Shown here: positions 26,478 to 37,789 of the stretch, one piece after another | Position numbering within the stretch: the stretch's first letter is position 1 | Layout of the letters: each line of letters starts with the position of its first letter | The notes under the pieces: generated by a model | What the model saw: the letters and a program-made list of their open reading frames with translations, nothing else | Databases searched by the model: none | Told to the model about the DNA's origin: nothing | Program-made: the position numbers and the translations under genes | Source: Phoronis australis | Taxonomy: Eukaryota > Animalia > Phoronida | Length of the DNA stretch: 64,000 nucleotides | NCBI GenBank assembly: GCA_002633005.1 | Contig: NMRA01000035.1 | Location: forward strand, 538,863 to 602,862 | Reading direction: 5' to 3'

Positions 26478-29400
26478 ATGGCAGTACCCATCAGGGTATT
26501 AGCAGACTTTATGGTCTTTCTAATGGCGTATATATCAGCGTTTATGAATATTATCAAGCGACATATACTATCAATCACAGAGAATCTCTTAGACATCACA
26601 ACAGCAATAATTTCCGTCATGCTGGAAGATTTTGAAGATGATGACGTGAGCGAGGAATATGAAGATTCAAGTATCACTTTGACTAAAGTAGACGAAAATG
26701 GAGAGACAGAAACGGTCCACTATGAATATATTGAAGACATTCTCGACGACATCCCTGAAACACCACACGGGCATCAAGAAAATACAGCAGCTGCGACCAT
26801 CAATTCTGAAACAAATCCCAACACATGTTTTATTCTTCCTACTGCTGCAGTAGGTAGCAAAAGCGCATTGCATCAGAAGAACAACTTCAATGAAAATAGT
26901 GAAATTGCCAACGAGGTTGGCACCATGCAATTGCAGACAAAATGTAAAGAGAGAACAGAAGGTATACTAGAAGTTCAAGGACTGGAATGCATTTCTGACG
27001 CAACTGCTAGCGGAGAAACATGCATACTTGATACCACCAAGACCAAGAACGGACGCCTTGCTGATGTTACCGATGGAATGGACAGGTATGTAAATGACAT
27101 TGAAAATAGCAATGTTGGACGGGTGATAAATGGCACAAGTGGTGACGAAGGAAACGAACAAGCTGTTCTCAATGTAAATGACAGAAACAATGCTCATGGT
27201 GAAAATGATGAAGACAAGGGTGACGATCCATGTAATGAGGGTGATCCCAGACCTGGTATTATATATGAAAGAAGTGATCATGGGTCCGACGCTTCACAGG
27301 ACAAGTGTGATTCTATACATGAGGCAGCATGTGATAATGGTGACCCTGAGTATAATACTTTGAAAGGAAATGATGGTGTTTGCCATGATACTCCGTATCG
27401 AAAAAGCGGTCTTCATAATGATAGTCAGTATAAAAATGGTGATCATGACAACAATATTTTACATAAACACGGTGTGACCCAGCAAGATACTCCGTATGGG
27501 AAGGCTGATCCAGACAATGGCATTCCATATGAGCACGGTGATCCCCAGGAAGATACTCCGTATGGAAATGTTGTCCCAGAGCATAATGCGTATGAAAATT
27601 GTGATCCTCTGAAGGATACTGCCCGTGGAAAAGGTGATCCCAGAACTGGTATTATATATGAAAGAAGTGATCATGGGTCTGACGCTTCATACACCAACCG
27701 TGCTTCTATACATGAGGCACCGTGTGATAATGGTGACCCTGAGTATAATACTTTGAAAGGAAATGGTGGTCCATGGCATGATACTCCGTATCGAAAGGGC
27801 GATAGTTACAATGATAGTCAGTATAGAAATGGTGATCCCGACAACGACACTTCATGTAAAACCGGTGAGACCCAGCAAGACACTTCGTATCGAAGTGTTG
27901 TCCCTGAGGATGACATTGTGTATGAATATGGTGAACACATTCCTGACGCGACTGCTAACGGAGAAAGATGCATACTTGATGCCATCGAGGGCACGAACGG
28001 ACTCCTTGCTGATGTTACCGATGGAATGGACAGGTACGTACGTGACATTGAAAATGGCACCGTTGGACGGGTGATAAATAGCGCAGGTGGCGACGAAGGG
28101 AACGAACAAGCTATGCTCAATGTAAATGACAGAAACAATGCTCATGGTGAAAATGATGAAGACAAGGGTGACGATCCATGTAATGAGGGTGATCTCAGAC
28201 CTGGTATTATATATGAAAGAAGTGATCATGGGTCCGACGCTTCATACGACAACCGTGGTTCTATACATAAGCCAGCATGTGATAATGGTCACCCAGAGCA
28301 TAATATTTCGAAAGGAAATGGTGGTCCATGGTATGATACTCCGTATGGAAAGGTCAATAGTTGCAATGATAGTCAGTATAGAAATGGTGATCCCGACAAC
28401 GACATTTCATATAAAAACAGTCAGACCCAGCAAGATACTCGGTATGGAAATGTTGTCCCTGAGCATGACACTGTGTATGATAATGGTGATCCAGTAAAGG
28501 ATACTGCGCGTGGAAGAGGTGATCCAAGACTTGATACATCAAGTGGAAATGGTGATACAGTAATTGATATTCCGTATGGAGACGGTGACACAGGACATGA
28601 TACCCTGTATGGAGAAAATGGTCTAGGGTGTCAGAATTCATATTTGAATATGGCAGTAAGAGTACCCGTTAGGGTATTATCAGACTTGATGATCTTTCTA
28701 ATGGCGTATATATCACCGTTTGTGAATATTATCAAGCGACATATAGTAGATTTCACAGAGAACCTCCTGGACATTATAAGAGCAATAATTTCTGTCATGC
28801 TGGAAGATTTTGAAGATGATGACTTGACTGACGAATACGAAGATTCAAGTATCACTTTAACTAAAGTAGATGAAAACGGACAGACCATAACTGTTCACTG
28901 TGAATATAATGAAGACATTCTCGACGACATCCCAGAAATACCACACGGGCATCAGGAAACTACAGTAGCTGCAATCATCAATTCAGAAACAAATCTCAAT
29001 CCATGTATTCTTCCTACTGCTACAGTGGATAGCAAAAGCGCATTGAATCAGAAGAACAACTTCAACGAAAACAGTGAAATTGCCAACGAGGTTGGCGCCA
29101 TGCAACTGCAGGCGAAATATACAGAGGAAACAGACGGAATACTTGAAGTTCAAGGACTGGAATGCATTTCTGACGCGACTGCTAACGGAGAAACATGCAT
29201 GCTTGATGCCACCGAGGGCACGAACGGACTCCTTGCTGATGTTACCGATGGAATGGACATGTACGTACGTGACATTGAAAATAGCAATGTTGGACGGGTG
29301 ATAAATAACGCAGGTGGCGACGAAGGAAACGAACAGACTGTTCTTAAAGTAAATGAAGGAAACGATGCTCATGATGAAAATGACGAAGACAAGGGTGACG

Positions 29401-30197
29401 ATCCATGTAATGAGGGTGATCTCAGACCTGGTATTATATATGAAAAACGCGATCATGGGCCCTACGCCTCACATGACAAGCGTATGTGTATACATGAGGC
29501 AGCATGGGATAATGGTGACCCTGAACTTAACACTTCGAAAGGAAATATTGGTCCATGGTATGATACTCCGTATTTAAAAAGCGGTCTTCACAGTGATACT
29601 CAGTATAGAAATGGTGATCCCGACAACGACATTTCATATGGTGAGACCCAGCAAGACACTCCGTATGGCAAGGGTGATCATGACAACGGCATTCCACATG
29701 ACCAAGGTGATCCCAAGGAAAATACTCCGTATGGAAATGTTGTCCCTGAACACGATGATGATCCTCTGCAGGATACTGCGCCTGGAAGAGGTGTCCCAAG
29801 ACATGATACTCTTTTTGGAAATGGTGACACAGGGCGCGATACAAATATTGAAACTGAATCTGAAAGTTCATTCACAAATACAGTGCAGGAATGTCGTGGC
29901 ACGGAGGTTGACAACGGACTTGTAACTGACGTTATCAATGGAGACATTGTCGATGCTTCTTATGGCAACGAGTTAAGTGTCGAAGACCTTACTGGGGACA
30001 GAGGTTACAGCATGGGCCACCTCACTTCTGCCAATAATGAAAGCGTTAGCGTGAGAAAAGAATATACTGATGACAGTCACAGGTATCTGAAACAAAAGAA
30101 AAATCGTAAAAATAAGTCTCCGTCAAGAACAAAAGACGAGAAAAGACAATCCTGGTGGCGACACCTTTTGTGTTGCGCCCCCTCAGCAGAGGACTGA
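26478..30197 (+). CDS. ~1239-aa acidic, D/G/N/E-rich repetitive protein of unknown function, encoded by one uninterrupted ORF
   Basis: A 3.7-kb stop-free frame in AT-rich DNA, with first ATG at 26478. The hydrophobic N-terminal segment is repeated at 28650. Internal repeats have diverged while keeping the frame. The C-terminus is basic and ends WWRHLLCCAPSAED. Confidence 0.85.
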   Translation: MAVPIRVLADFMVFLMAYISAFMNIIKRHILSITENLLDITTAIISVMLEDFEDDDVSEEYEDSSITLTKVDENGETETVHYEYIEDILDDIPETPHGHQENTAAATINSETNPNTCFILPTAAVGSKSALHQKNNFNENSEIANEVGTMQLQTKCKERTEGILEVQGLECISDATASGETCILDTTKTKNGRLADVTDGMDRYVNDIENSNVGRVINGTSGDEGNEQAVLNVNDRNNAHGENDEDKGDDPCNEGDPRPGIIYERSDHGSDASQDKCDSIHEAACDNGDPEYNTLKGNDGVCHDTPYRKSGLHNDSQYKNGDHDNNILHKHGVTQQDTPYGKADPDNGIPYEHGDPQEDTPYGNVVPEHNAYENCDPLKDTARGKGDPRTGIIYERSDHGSDASYTNRASIHEAPCDNGDPEYNTLKGNGGPWHDTPYRKGDSYNDSQYRNGDPDNDTSCKTGETQQDTSYRSVVPEDDIVYEYGEHIPDATANGERCILDAIEGTNGLLADVTDGMDRYVRDIENGTVGRVINSAGGDEGNEQAMLNVNDRNNAHGENDEDKGDDPCNEGDLRPGIIYERSDHGSDASYDNRGSIHKPACDNGHPEHNISKGNGGPWYDTPYGKVNSCNDSQYRNGDPDNDISYKNSQTQQDTRYGNVVPEHDTVYDNGDPVKDTARGRGDPRLDTSSGNGDTVIDIPYGDGDTGHDTLYGENGLGCQNSYLNMAVRVPVRVLSDLMIFLMAYISPFVNIIKRHIVDFTENLLDIIRAIISVMLEDFEDDDLTDEYEDSSITLTKVDENGQTITVHCEYNEDILDDIPEIPHGHQETTVAAIINSETNLNPCILPTATVDSKSALNQKNNFNENSEIANEVGAMQLQAKYTEETDGILEVQGLECISDATANGETCMLDATEGTNGLLADVTDGMDMYVRDIENSNVGRVINNAGGDEGNEQTVLKVNEGNDAHDENDEDKGDDPCNEGDLRPGIIYEKRDHGPYASHDKRMCIHEAAWDNGDPELNTSKGNIGPWYDTPYLKSGLHSDTQYRNGDPDNDISYGETQQDTPYGKGDHDNGIPHDQGDPKENTPYGNVVPEHDDDPLQDTAPGRGVPRHDTLFGNGDTGRDTNIETESESSFTNTVQECRGTEVDNGLVTDVINGDIVDASYGNELSVEDLTGDRGYSMGHLTSANNESVSVRKEYTDDSHRYLKQKKNRKNKSPSRTKDEKRQSWWRHLLCCAPSAED

Positions 30198-33100
30198 GAG
30201 TTCACTTGGGACTCTACTACAAGCACCGGTTGGGGGAATAATTATTCTAATAGGCCTATATGTGCCTTGGAGTATTTGCAGAACTTTACATTTTGAAGTG
30301 TATTTCTGTGAATTATAAGCATATAATACAAGTATTTTGCGGCCATTTGGTTTTACGTTGTTTGAAGTCATGTTTCGTCTGCTATAGACTCCTGTTAGTA
30401 ATCACACTGTGTGTGGAGGTCACTGTAGTTTACCGCATGACTGGTTCTCTCAACCAAATTTTGTGCGTCATAGCCTTTAACGTTGACATAAACTGAGACA
30501 GCAAAACGGTCAAACTCAGCAAGGGGTTCCTAAAAAAGCGACGTCAACTCAGCCAGATATTTCGACGCTCTCTCAGACCGTCTCCAGAGAGTTATTTGCC
30601 CTTTGTGGTATTGCCTCGGGACAGCCTCAGGCTCCGATGCGTGCAAGGATTCACCATCATGATTCTGCAATGATTCATTCAATAAATGTTTGAATTCCTC
30701 GACAGGTAAAGAAGTTTCCAATGAACAACTGGAAATATAAGTCACTAATTTCCGCCAAAATCTTCAGAATATGGAGTTAAAAGCGACACCAAACCCGATT
30801 TGATTCCATGTGAAATCGGTACCAGAATTTGATATTCATCAAACTCGTTGTGGATTAATTGTCAAGGCGTCACTTTTTCATCACTGCTCTTTGACCAAGT
30901 TCAGTCAATGTCAAATGTACCATTATCATCCGACCCGCTTAGCATTGCGCTTTAGTCAAAGGCAGGGATTCAACAATAAGAGATTTTCTGAAAATACCAA
31001 AAAAGTGTTCGGAAACTGGTGTGTGGGTCATGACTTTATGCCATCAGAGCTTGAATATTGCTACTTTGGTTTGAAATTGACTCATTTCATACTCCAGTCG
31101 GTAGGCCATGGAATTTTGCTTTAACGCTTTTTAGCTAAACATATTCTGGCGTATGCAACGATCGCTTTGTTCAAACTCATGCATTTTGACGATTAATCTA
31201 ATTATAATAGAACTTGATGCATGAGCAAACGATTTCGATATCAACATGCCTAAGCACATTTCGATTTAATATGTAATTCCGAATTCGCCATTGGTATGGG
31301 TGTCTTACAATCACAAAAATTGGGATATCGAACAAATAAACAGCACAGGATCGTTCATTAGTTATCATTTTTAACAACTGCATTACTAAAATTGATACAA
31401 GAGGCAAGTATGATAACTTTCGCTTGTGCCGAACCAATGAATTAATTTGACAAACAAGAATGTAATCAAAAGTCATCGAATTTCTCCCATAAAGTAAAGA
31501 ATCGTGATACAAATGACATCGTTCGATAAAGCGCGTGTCATTTGTTTGCTTCAAAAAGTCCTTCGCTTCCAATTTCAAACTGTGTCTTACGGCTGCAAAA
31601 ACGATAACGTGCCTTTATGGTTAGCCACGATGAGTTCGCATCACACACTGATGACGATTGGGCTGCGGAGGTCCTCAGTCGATAAGAAACCTAAATAAAA
31701 AATTACCTTGTTTCGTAGATGCTCAATTTCTAGCGTGCACTTTCAACTTGCACAATTAGTGTTCAACAACTTATTTGCAGCAAAATATCAACAATAACAG
31801 TAAAGACAGTGTCCCTTCGACCCATTTGAATATTCGCATAATCACCCCGCTTGGAATTTCCCGCAAGGAGCGCTCAACGTCCAGTGGTTGGTACGTTTTC
31901 AATACAAAACACTTGCAGTCACATGTAATCGATCATGGGCTTTTTGACACATGACTCCGGACGATGTTTTGGTTAATACATTTTTCCAAAGAACGTCCAC
32001 AAAAACCCTACCCGCCTGTTGGACTACCACAATCTCAGTTATTATCCGTCCCATAGACATCCCATTAAGATGTCTAGATGATCCTTCCATACAACAGCGC
32101 CACCACACAGATCATTTTGTAGGATTCCAACTCAAAAAGTAGACTCTTTCGAAATTGAACCGTACCGAATTTGGCGGTGAAAATGTTTCACGTATTTGAT
32201 TGTTAGCCTAATTCACCAGAGATACTAGTAAAGAGGGGCGCCTTTGAAAAGTGAAAATATTTCACTTTATTCTGTCGCACGAACGTAGGCCTATGTTATT
32301 CAGCTGATCGTGTGGTCTACAATGTGCATTTTTATCCTGAAAGCGTTTTTCCTGGTTTGCTCTCTATACAACCAAATGCACCCGAAAGTTCCTGAACCCG
32401 TGTTCGATCCAATAGGCAATTTTTTATTTATACTGCAACTTACCGCTCTAAAATTGGTTTCACCGTAACTGTTCAACCTTTTTAAGATCGGGAAGTGATT
32501 TTTGGGTTTGCAAGAACCGACACTGGTTATATCTTACAGATCACGTCCTGCGTAAAGGAAGACACGCGGGCGGGTGGTACCAACTTTGCCTCATAACGCT
32601 ACATGATCTCATCAATTTTTTGTTTATAGCGGCTTGGCGTCCAAAGCTAGTAGAAAATTTCATTCACTATCGTGAGTGAGCAAATGCTTGTGGAGGACAA
32701 TCGTAGCGTTCTTTACGTTTCCCTCATCTCGAGACCTGAAATTAATAGTTTGATATGCTGGAGACCTCCGTTTCCGAGTTAATCAAGTATTCCTGGAAAT
32801 CCGAATGTGAGTTAAACCCGACGCAAGGATAGATTGAGTTAATGCGACGAATTGGTCACAGCATTTAGTCATGTTAACACCGCTGGAATTACCTAACTAT
32901 TCATCACTCTAAAAAAAAAAAAAAAACACAGATGAACTTTCAAACAGGTTTATTCAAAAACTTTTCATATTACATATATTTTCAATCGTCAGCACACAGT
33001 ACTTTGGCACTCATGAGATGACTGAACACTGACGATAATAAAACAATTGAGGTCAGTCGAGTCTTGCCGGAAACGCATTTTTACTTTCTCGACAGTACTG

Positions 33101-35024
33101 GCAATGTTACAAGTTTGAATTAGCTACGGCACATATACCTGACACGGCAGTGTAGTACTACCGCACCATTCAGTACCATGAGATCTCAACACCATTGTAA
33201 CAGTTTTACAAGAACGGTATCAATGAACATATATAAAGTTCATCAAAAAAAAATTAATTTTACAGAACAATCTTATACACAGATACTTTGCAAATATTTT
33301 GTACTTTCATTTGTCTCCTTTAAGACCGATTCCTAAATAGGCCTATCTGACACATGACTATGGCAACTATTACATAGAGCGCGTCCACTAATACCTAAGA
33401 TTACGTAATGGGCTTTCAGGCCCACTGCAGGGTGTGCGCGTATTAAAGCCCACATGCCGGTAACCAAATGACAGCTTGGAAAGCGTGGTAGGACGGCTAG
33501 GACTCGGAATGTTTAATTACCGGTAATACATAAAGAGGCAGTGCCCACAACCAATTGTAAGACACCCAGCCAGATTCTCGCTGACAGAATCTCGTAAATA
33601 ACTTTAGCAAACGCGGGCCAGTTCCAAGTCTTCACGCCACCACAAGCTAACTGATACATTAATTCCACTATATAAAGGACGAGCCTACACATAGAACAAT
33701 AAAACAAGCTACATATAATAGCCTCATACATACCAGTCTGTTCATTCACAAGCATGGTCATTCTTAGTTAACACGTTTATTTAACATATACCTAAACAAC
33801 TTCCAATTTCACAATAGTGCGAAAAAAATAAAATCAAAAGCAGCCCATTACCCCCACAAAACTCTCAAAAATGTGCAGACTGAGACGGGTTCAGTTCGGT
33901 TACCACTAATGAAGAACAAATTTCCATAGTATTCACCACTCAGACAAGAAACTCTTAGAAAGTCCGAAAGGCTGACCACGAGTTCAATCTCTCATGGCAA
34001 GGAAACTGACTTTTCTTAAGTTCAGTTTGACACGCACACTTAAAGTACTCTTTTACCTCTCATACAGTGGCGCTACAAACCCACCTTTTGTCAAAGAAAT
34101 TAGAACTTTTGTTTTGTACCTGTCACCTGTGTACCAACTGGAACATTACACAGATAAGAAGCGATTTTAGGGCTTAGAAAAAAACAGGTCAGTATTCAGC
34201 TCCAAGCCATGCCAGGCCCATAAAACAACCACCGTGACACATCAACCCCAACATTTGGTCTTACGCAATAGTAAGTGGTCAGTTCTTATCAAGATAAGAA
34301 ATCAAGGGTAATCTAGGAAAGAAACATGATTTGACCAGTTTGACTGAAAGTGGTGGACATAAAAAGTTATTTCTTGACAGAGGGTGAGAATGAAGCAGTA
34401 AGCAGAAGCCAGCGCCATCTTTAAACTATGAAATGATTACAAGACTTTGGGCACAGGCGCTGGAATTTCCTGACAACTCATAACCATAAATAAGAAACAT
34501 GTTTTCTTAGTATTGAGTGAGGTCACCATACTTTTTCCAACTTTTAAAGGTCTACAGGTTGTGCGATTGGATAAAACCGCACAAAATGGTGCAAGTCAAC
34601 AGTTCGACAAAAAATCTGAACATGTCTCTCTTGAACACAACTGACCCTACCAGAAATGATGCATTGTGGGACACAATTAAGAGTAAACAATAGAGCCCAG
34701 TCCATGGCAAGTCAAAACAGAAGATTCAACCACATACAACAGTGGCCGATCTAAGACATTACGAGGAGGCAAACATTTTTCATTTTGTGATATGCAACCC
34801 CCAACACAGGCTCACACACAAGAATATATACCACCTATTAGTCGCAACATTACAAATGCCTAACCTTATTTCCGTGTCATTTCTACTGTTTATTTTTTGC
34901 AGGCAGCCAAGGGGGATATCACCCCCCTTATATCCACCACTGCACAACTATCTAACGTGCCCCATCTTATGTACAACTAACAACAGAAACTAGCAAGCAT
35001 CAAGGTTTTAGTCACAACCCATGA

Positions 35025-36484
35025 CAAGAAACGTGTTCCAATGGAGACTGCTAGACCAGCTTTAACTATCTTTGTTCCCTGTCACATACGGTTAATAGAC
35101 AACCCTAAAGCTTAGACAAAAAACGTGACAGCTCAATTATTTGGCAACTTACGGAGTTACGTAACATGTTTGGTAATTTCCTGCAGAAAAAGTATCACCT
35201 AAATAAACATAATCCAAGATTGAGGAGGTATTGTTTGGCTAATCAACCGGTCTCTCCCCGACTATATTTTCCTAGACATTCACAACTTTGTGTAGCACGA
35301 GCTCTTCAAATTTTGTCATTTCAAGCAGACGCCATTTTCTATTCTTATTGAACCATCAACAGCACGGAGCTTCACACAACCAGACTTACATCTGGACAAC
35401 ATATTGCTTCCAGCTCTGAAACCCATTATTTTGCAGCAGAAAAGTGGTAACATTCTCAGGGCTGTTCCAGTAAAATCTGTATGGGAGGGGGGGGAAGGCA
35501 CGTTTTTTTCGCACCCACCAACCATATTTTTCATTTATTTCTTCAGCCTACCACCCGTAATTTTTTATAAGTTTGAAATGCAACCACCCGTAATTTTTTT
35601 TGTTCTTGTGGTTGACTGCACAGGCGCTTGAGTTTATCTATTCCTCTATCACCACTAACGTCATTCATTACTAAGAAAACATATGTTTCTTATAGATGGT
35701 TTTTAGCCATCGAAAAATTCAAGCACCTGTGGTTAACTGGTGTTATGGGCATGCCCATGAGGAGATCGGAGGGAGTGAAAAAGTCGGAGCTTTTTGCAAG
35801 TTGCATTTTTGTTTCAGTTTTTGATTCTGTGCAAATTGTTTATAAAATTTACTAAAATTACCCACCATCAAACATTTATGGCCCAATGAAACAACAACGA
35901 CCTGTAAATTTTTATTTTTTTGAAGTACGACCACCAGCCATTTTGAATTTAAATCAAACGCAACCACCCATAAATTTTTATTTCAGTTGCCTTCCCCCCC
36001 CCTCCCACACGGTTTTTGCTGGAACAACCNCAAGAAACGTGTTCCAATGGAGACTGCTAGACCAGCTTTAACTATCTTTGTTCCCTGCCACATACGGTTA
36101 ATAGACTGTCACATACAGTTAATAGACAACCTTAAAGCTTAGAAAAAAAACGTGACAACTCAAATATGTGGCAACTTACGGAGTTATGTAACATTTTTGG
36201 TAATTTCCTGCAGAAAAAGTATCACCTAAATAAACATAATCCAAGACTGAGGAGGCATTGTTTGGCTAATCAATCGGTCTCTCCCCGACTATATTTTCCT
36301 AGACATTCACAACTTTGTGTAGCACGAGCTCTTCAAATTTTGTCATTTCGAGCAGACGCCATTTTCTATTCCTACTGAACCATCAACAGCACGGAGCTTC
36401 ACACAACCAGACTTACATCTCGACAACATATTGCTTCCAGCTCTGAAACCCATTATTTTGCAGCAGAAAAGTGGTAACGTTCTC
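35025..36484. repeat. ~430-450 bp direct duplication (35025-35457 and 36031-36484) separated by a MITE and an N
   Basis: Both copies start CAAGAAACGTGTTCCAATGGAGAC and end AAAGTGGTAAC(A/G)TTCTC, with scattered substitutions. Copy 2 has a small internal tandem duplication. An N sits at 36030. Confidence 0.9.
35459..36030. mobile_element. ~570-bp MITE with ~40-bp TIRs, possibly PIF/Harbinger-like
   Basis: GGGCTGTTCCAGTAAAATCTGTATGGGAGGGGGGGAAGGCA pairs with TGCCTTCCCCCCCCTCCCACACGGTTTTTGCTGGAACAACC(N). CCACCC motifs are repeated internally. The superfamily is inferred from the GGGC terminus and the CTCAG target. Confidence 0.75.
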
Positions 36485-37789
36485 TCAGAAAATCTGGCGA
36501 TTTTTGGGAGTGCCGGCTGGGTGTAAACAGCTGCTACTGATCCAATACAAATATTGTGGATCATGGTTTGTATCGGGATGGAGCTGATTTGGAAGATTTG
36601 GTTGTGCATTGATCGACACAGAACTAACAGACATTATAAAATACACAAGGTACTAAATACTCGAGTTAGATTATTCAAATGCCCACCTGCCCATACCTCA
36701 TAGCAGTTAATAGACAGGAGGAGACAGGCTTTTGTCTATAACGTACTCGCGCACTTCATGTGACAATTTGGACATTTGTTTTTTTGATACAACAACAACA
36801 GGGTTTTAAATCCTAATGTTCTCAAACATACAACAAATATGTTCTTCTTAGATCAGTAACAGATATGTCAAGACAAAAACTCAACAGCTCAAAAGCGAGT
36901 CCCCCAGTCTACACAGACGGAAGGAAACGTGTCATACACAGACACGAGGATTACAGTGGTGTTCTTGTTAAGCCAGTCGAAGAGTTCCATGCCTTGAGTA
37001 TAGTACCAGATGAGAACCAGAACCTGGAAGGAAAATCTTTAAACTCCAGAAAATGTTCATAACTTTGTAACGCCTAGAGTTAAATATGAGCAAAACGTGA
37101 GTAAACAATTCACTTACCATACACAATTTTACATCAGAAAAAGAAGTACATTTTGGTACTCGTGAGTGAAGTTTGATTTTATTCAAAATCAAGAAGGTAA
37201 CTAAAAAAATCCGGGATGTATTCTCACACAATGCATAGACATCTAGCCATCTTGAGAATAACACGACTGTATGACCGCACATAAGTTAATGAGGCAACTT
37301 CAAAGCTGCGTTTTCTACTAATCAAGCGTGACACTTCAAGAAAGTTGACCTTGATGATTGGCAAAGACAACAGAGGACTTCACAATCTTCCCAACTCTAG
37401 AGATCCAACTCACTCTAAGTACAAAGTATCCAGATTTCCCGTTATCATTGAAACATAATTTTGTAATAGTATCCACTCAGACAAAAGGTCATTCATTCCG
37501 GTGGCCTGTTTCGTGGAAAAAGATGCAAGACTCAAGTGCTAAATTTGGTCTTGTTTCATAATTGGTGAATGATAGTTTGGCCACAGCCTAGAAACACTAT
37601 AATTATCTCAAGCTAGCATTTATGGGTACATTATCAGACACTGTGTGCTTTTGCTGATGTGAGTTTCAATTATCTCTTAGAAATAGGCACGTGAAGCGTA
37701 AGACTAAATCGTTGACTTAAAATCTAACTTAAAGACACTTCATGGAACACACCCGAGAACTCCGTAATAGGCAAGTTACCTTCAGTTGG

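Noticed and set aside
26462-29947. Many antisense and alternate-frame ORFs within the large CDS
   Set aside because: By-products of the repetitive, codon-biased main frame.
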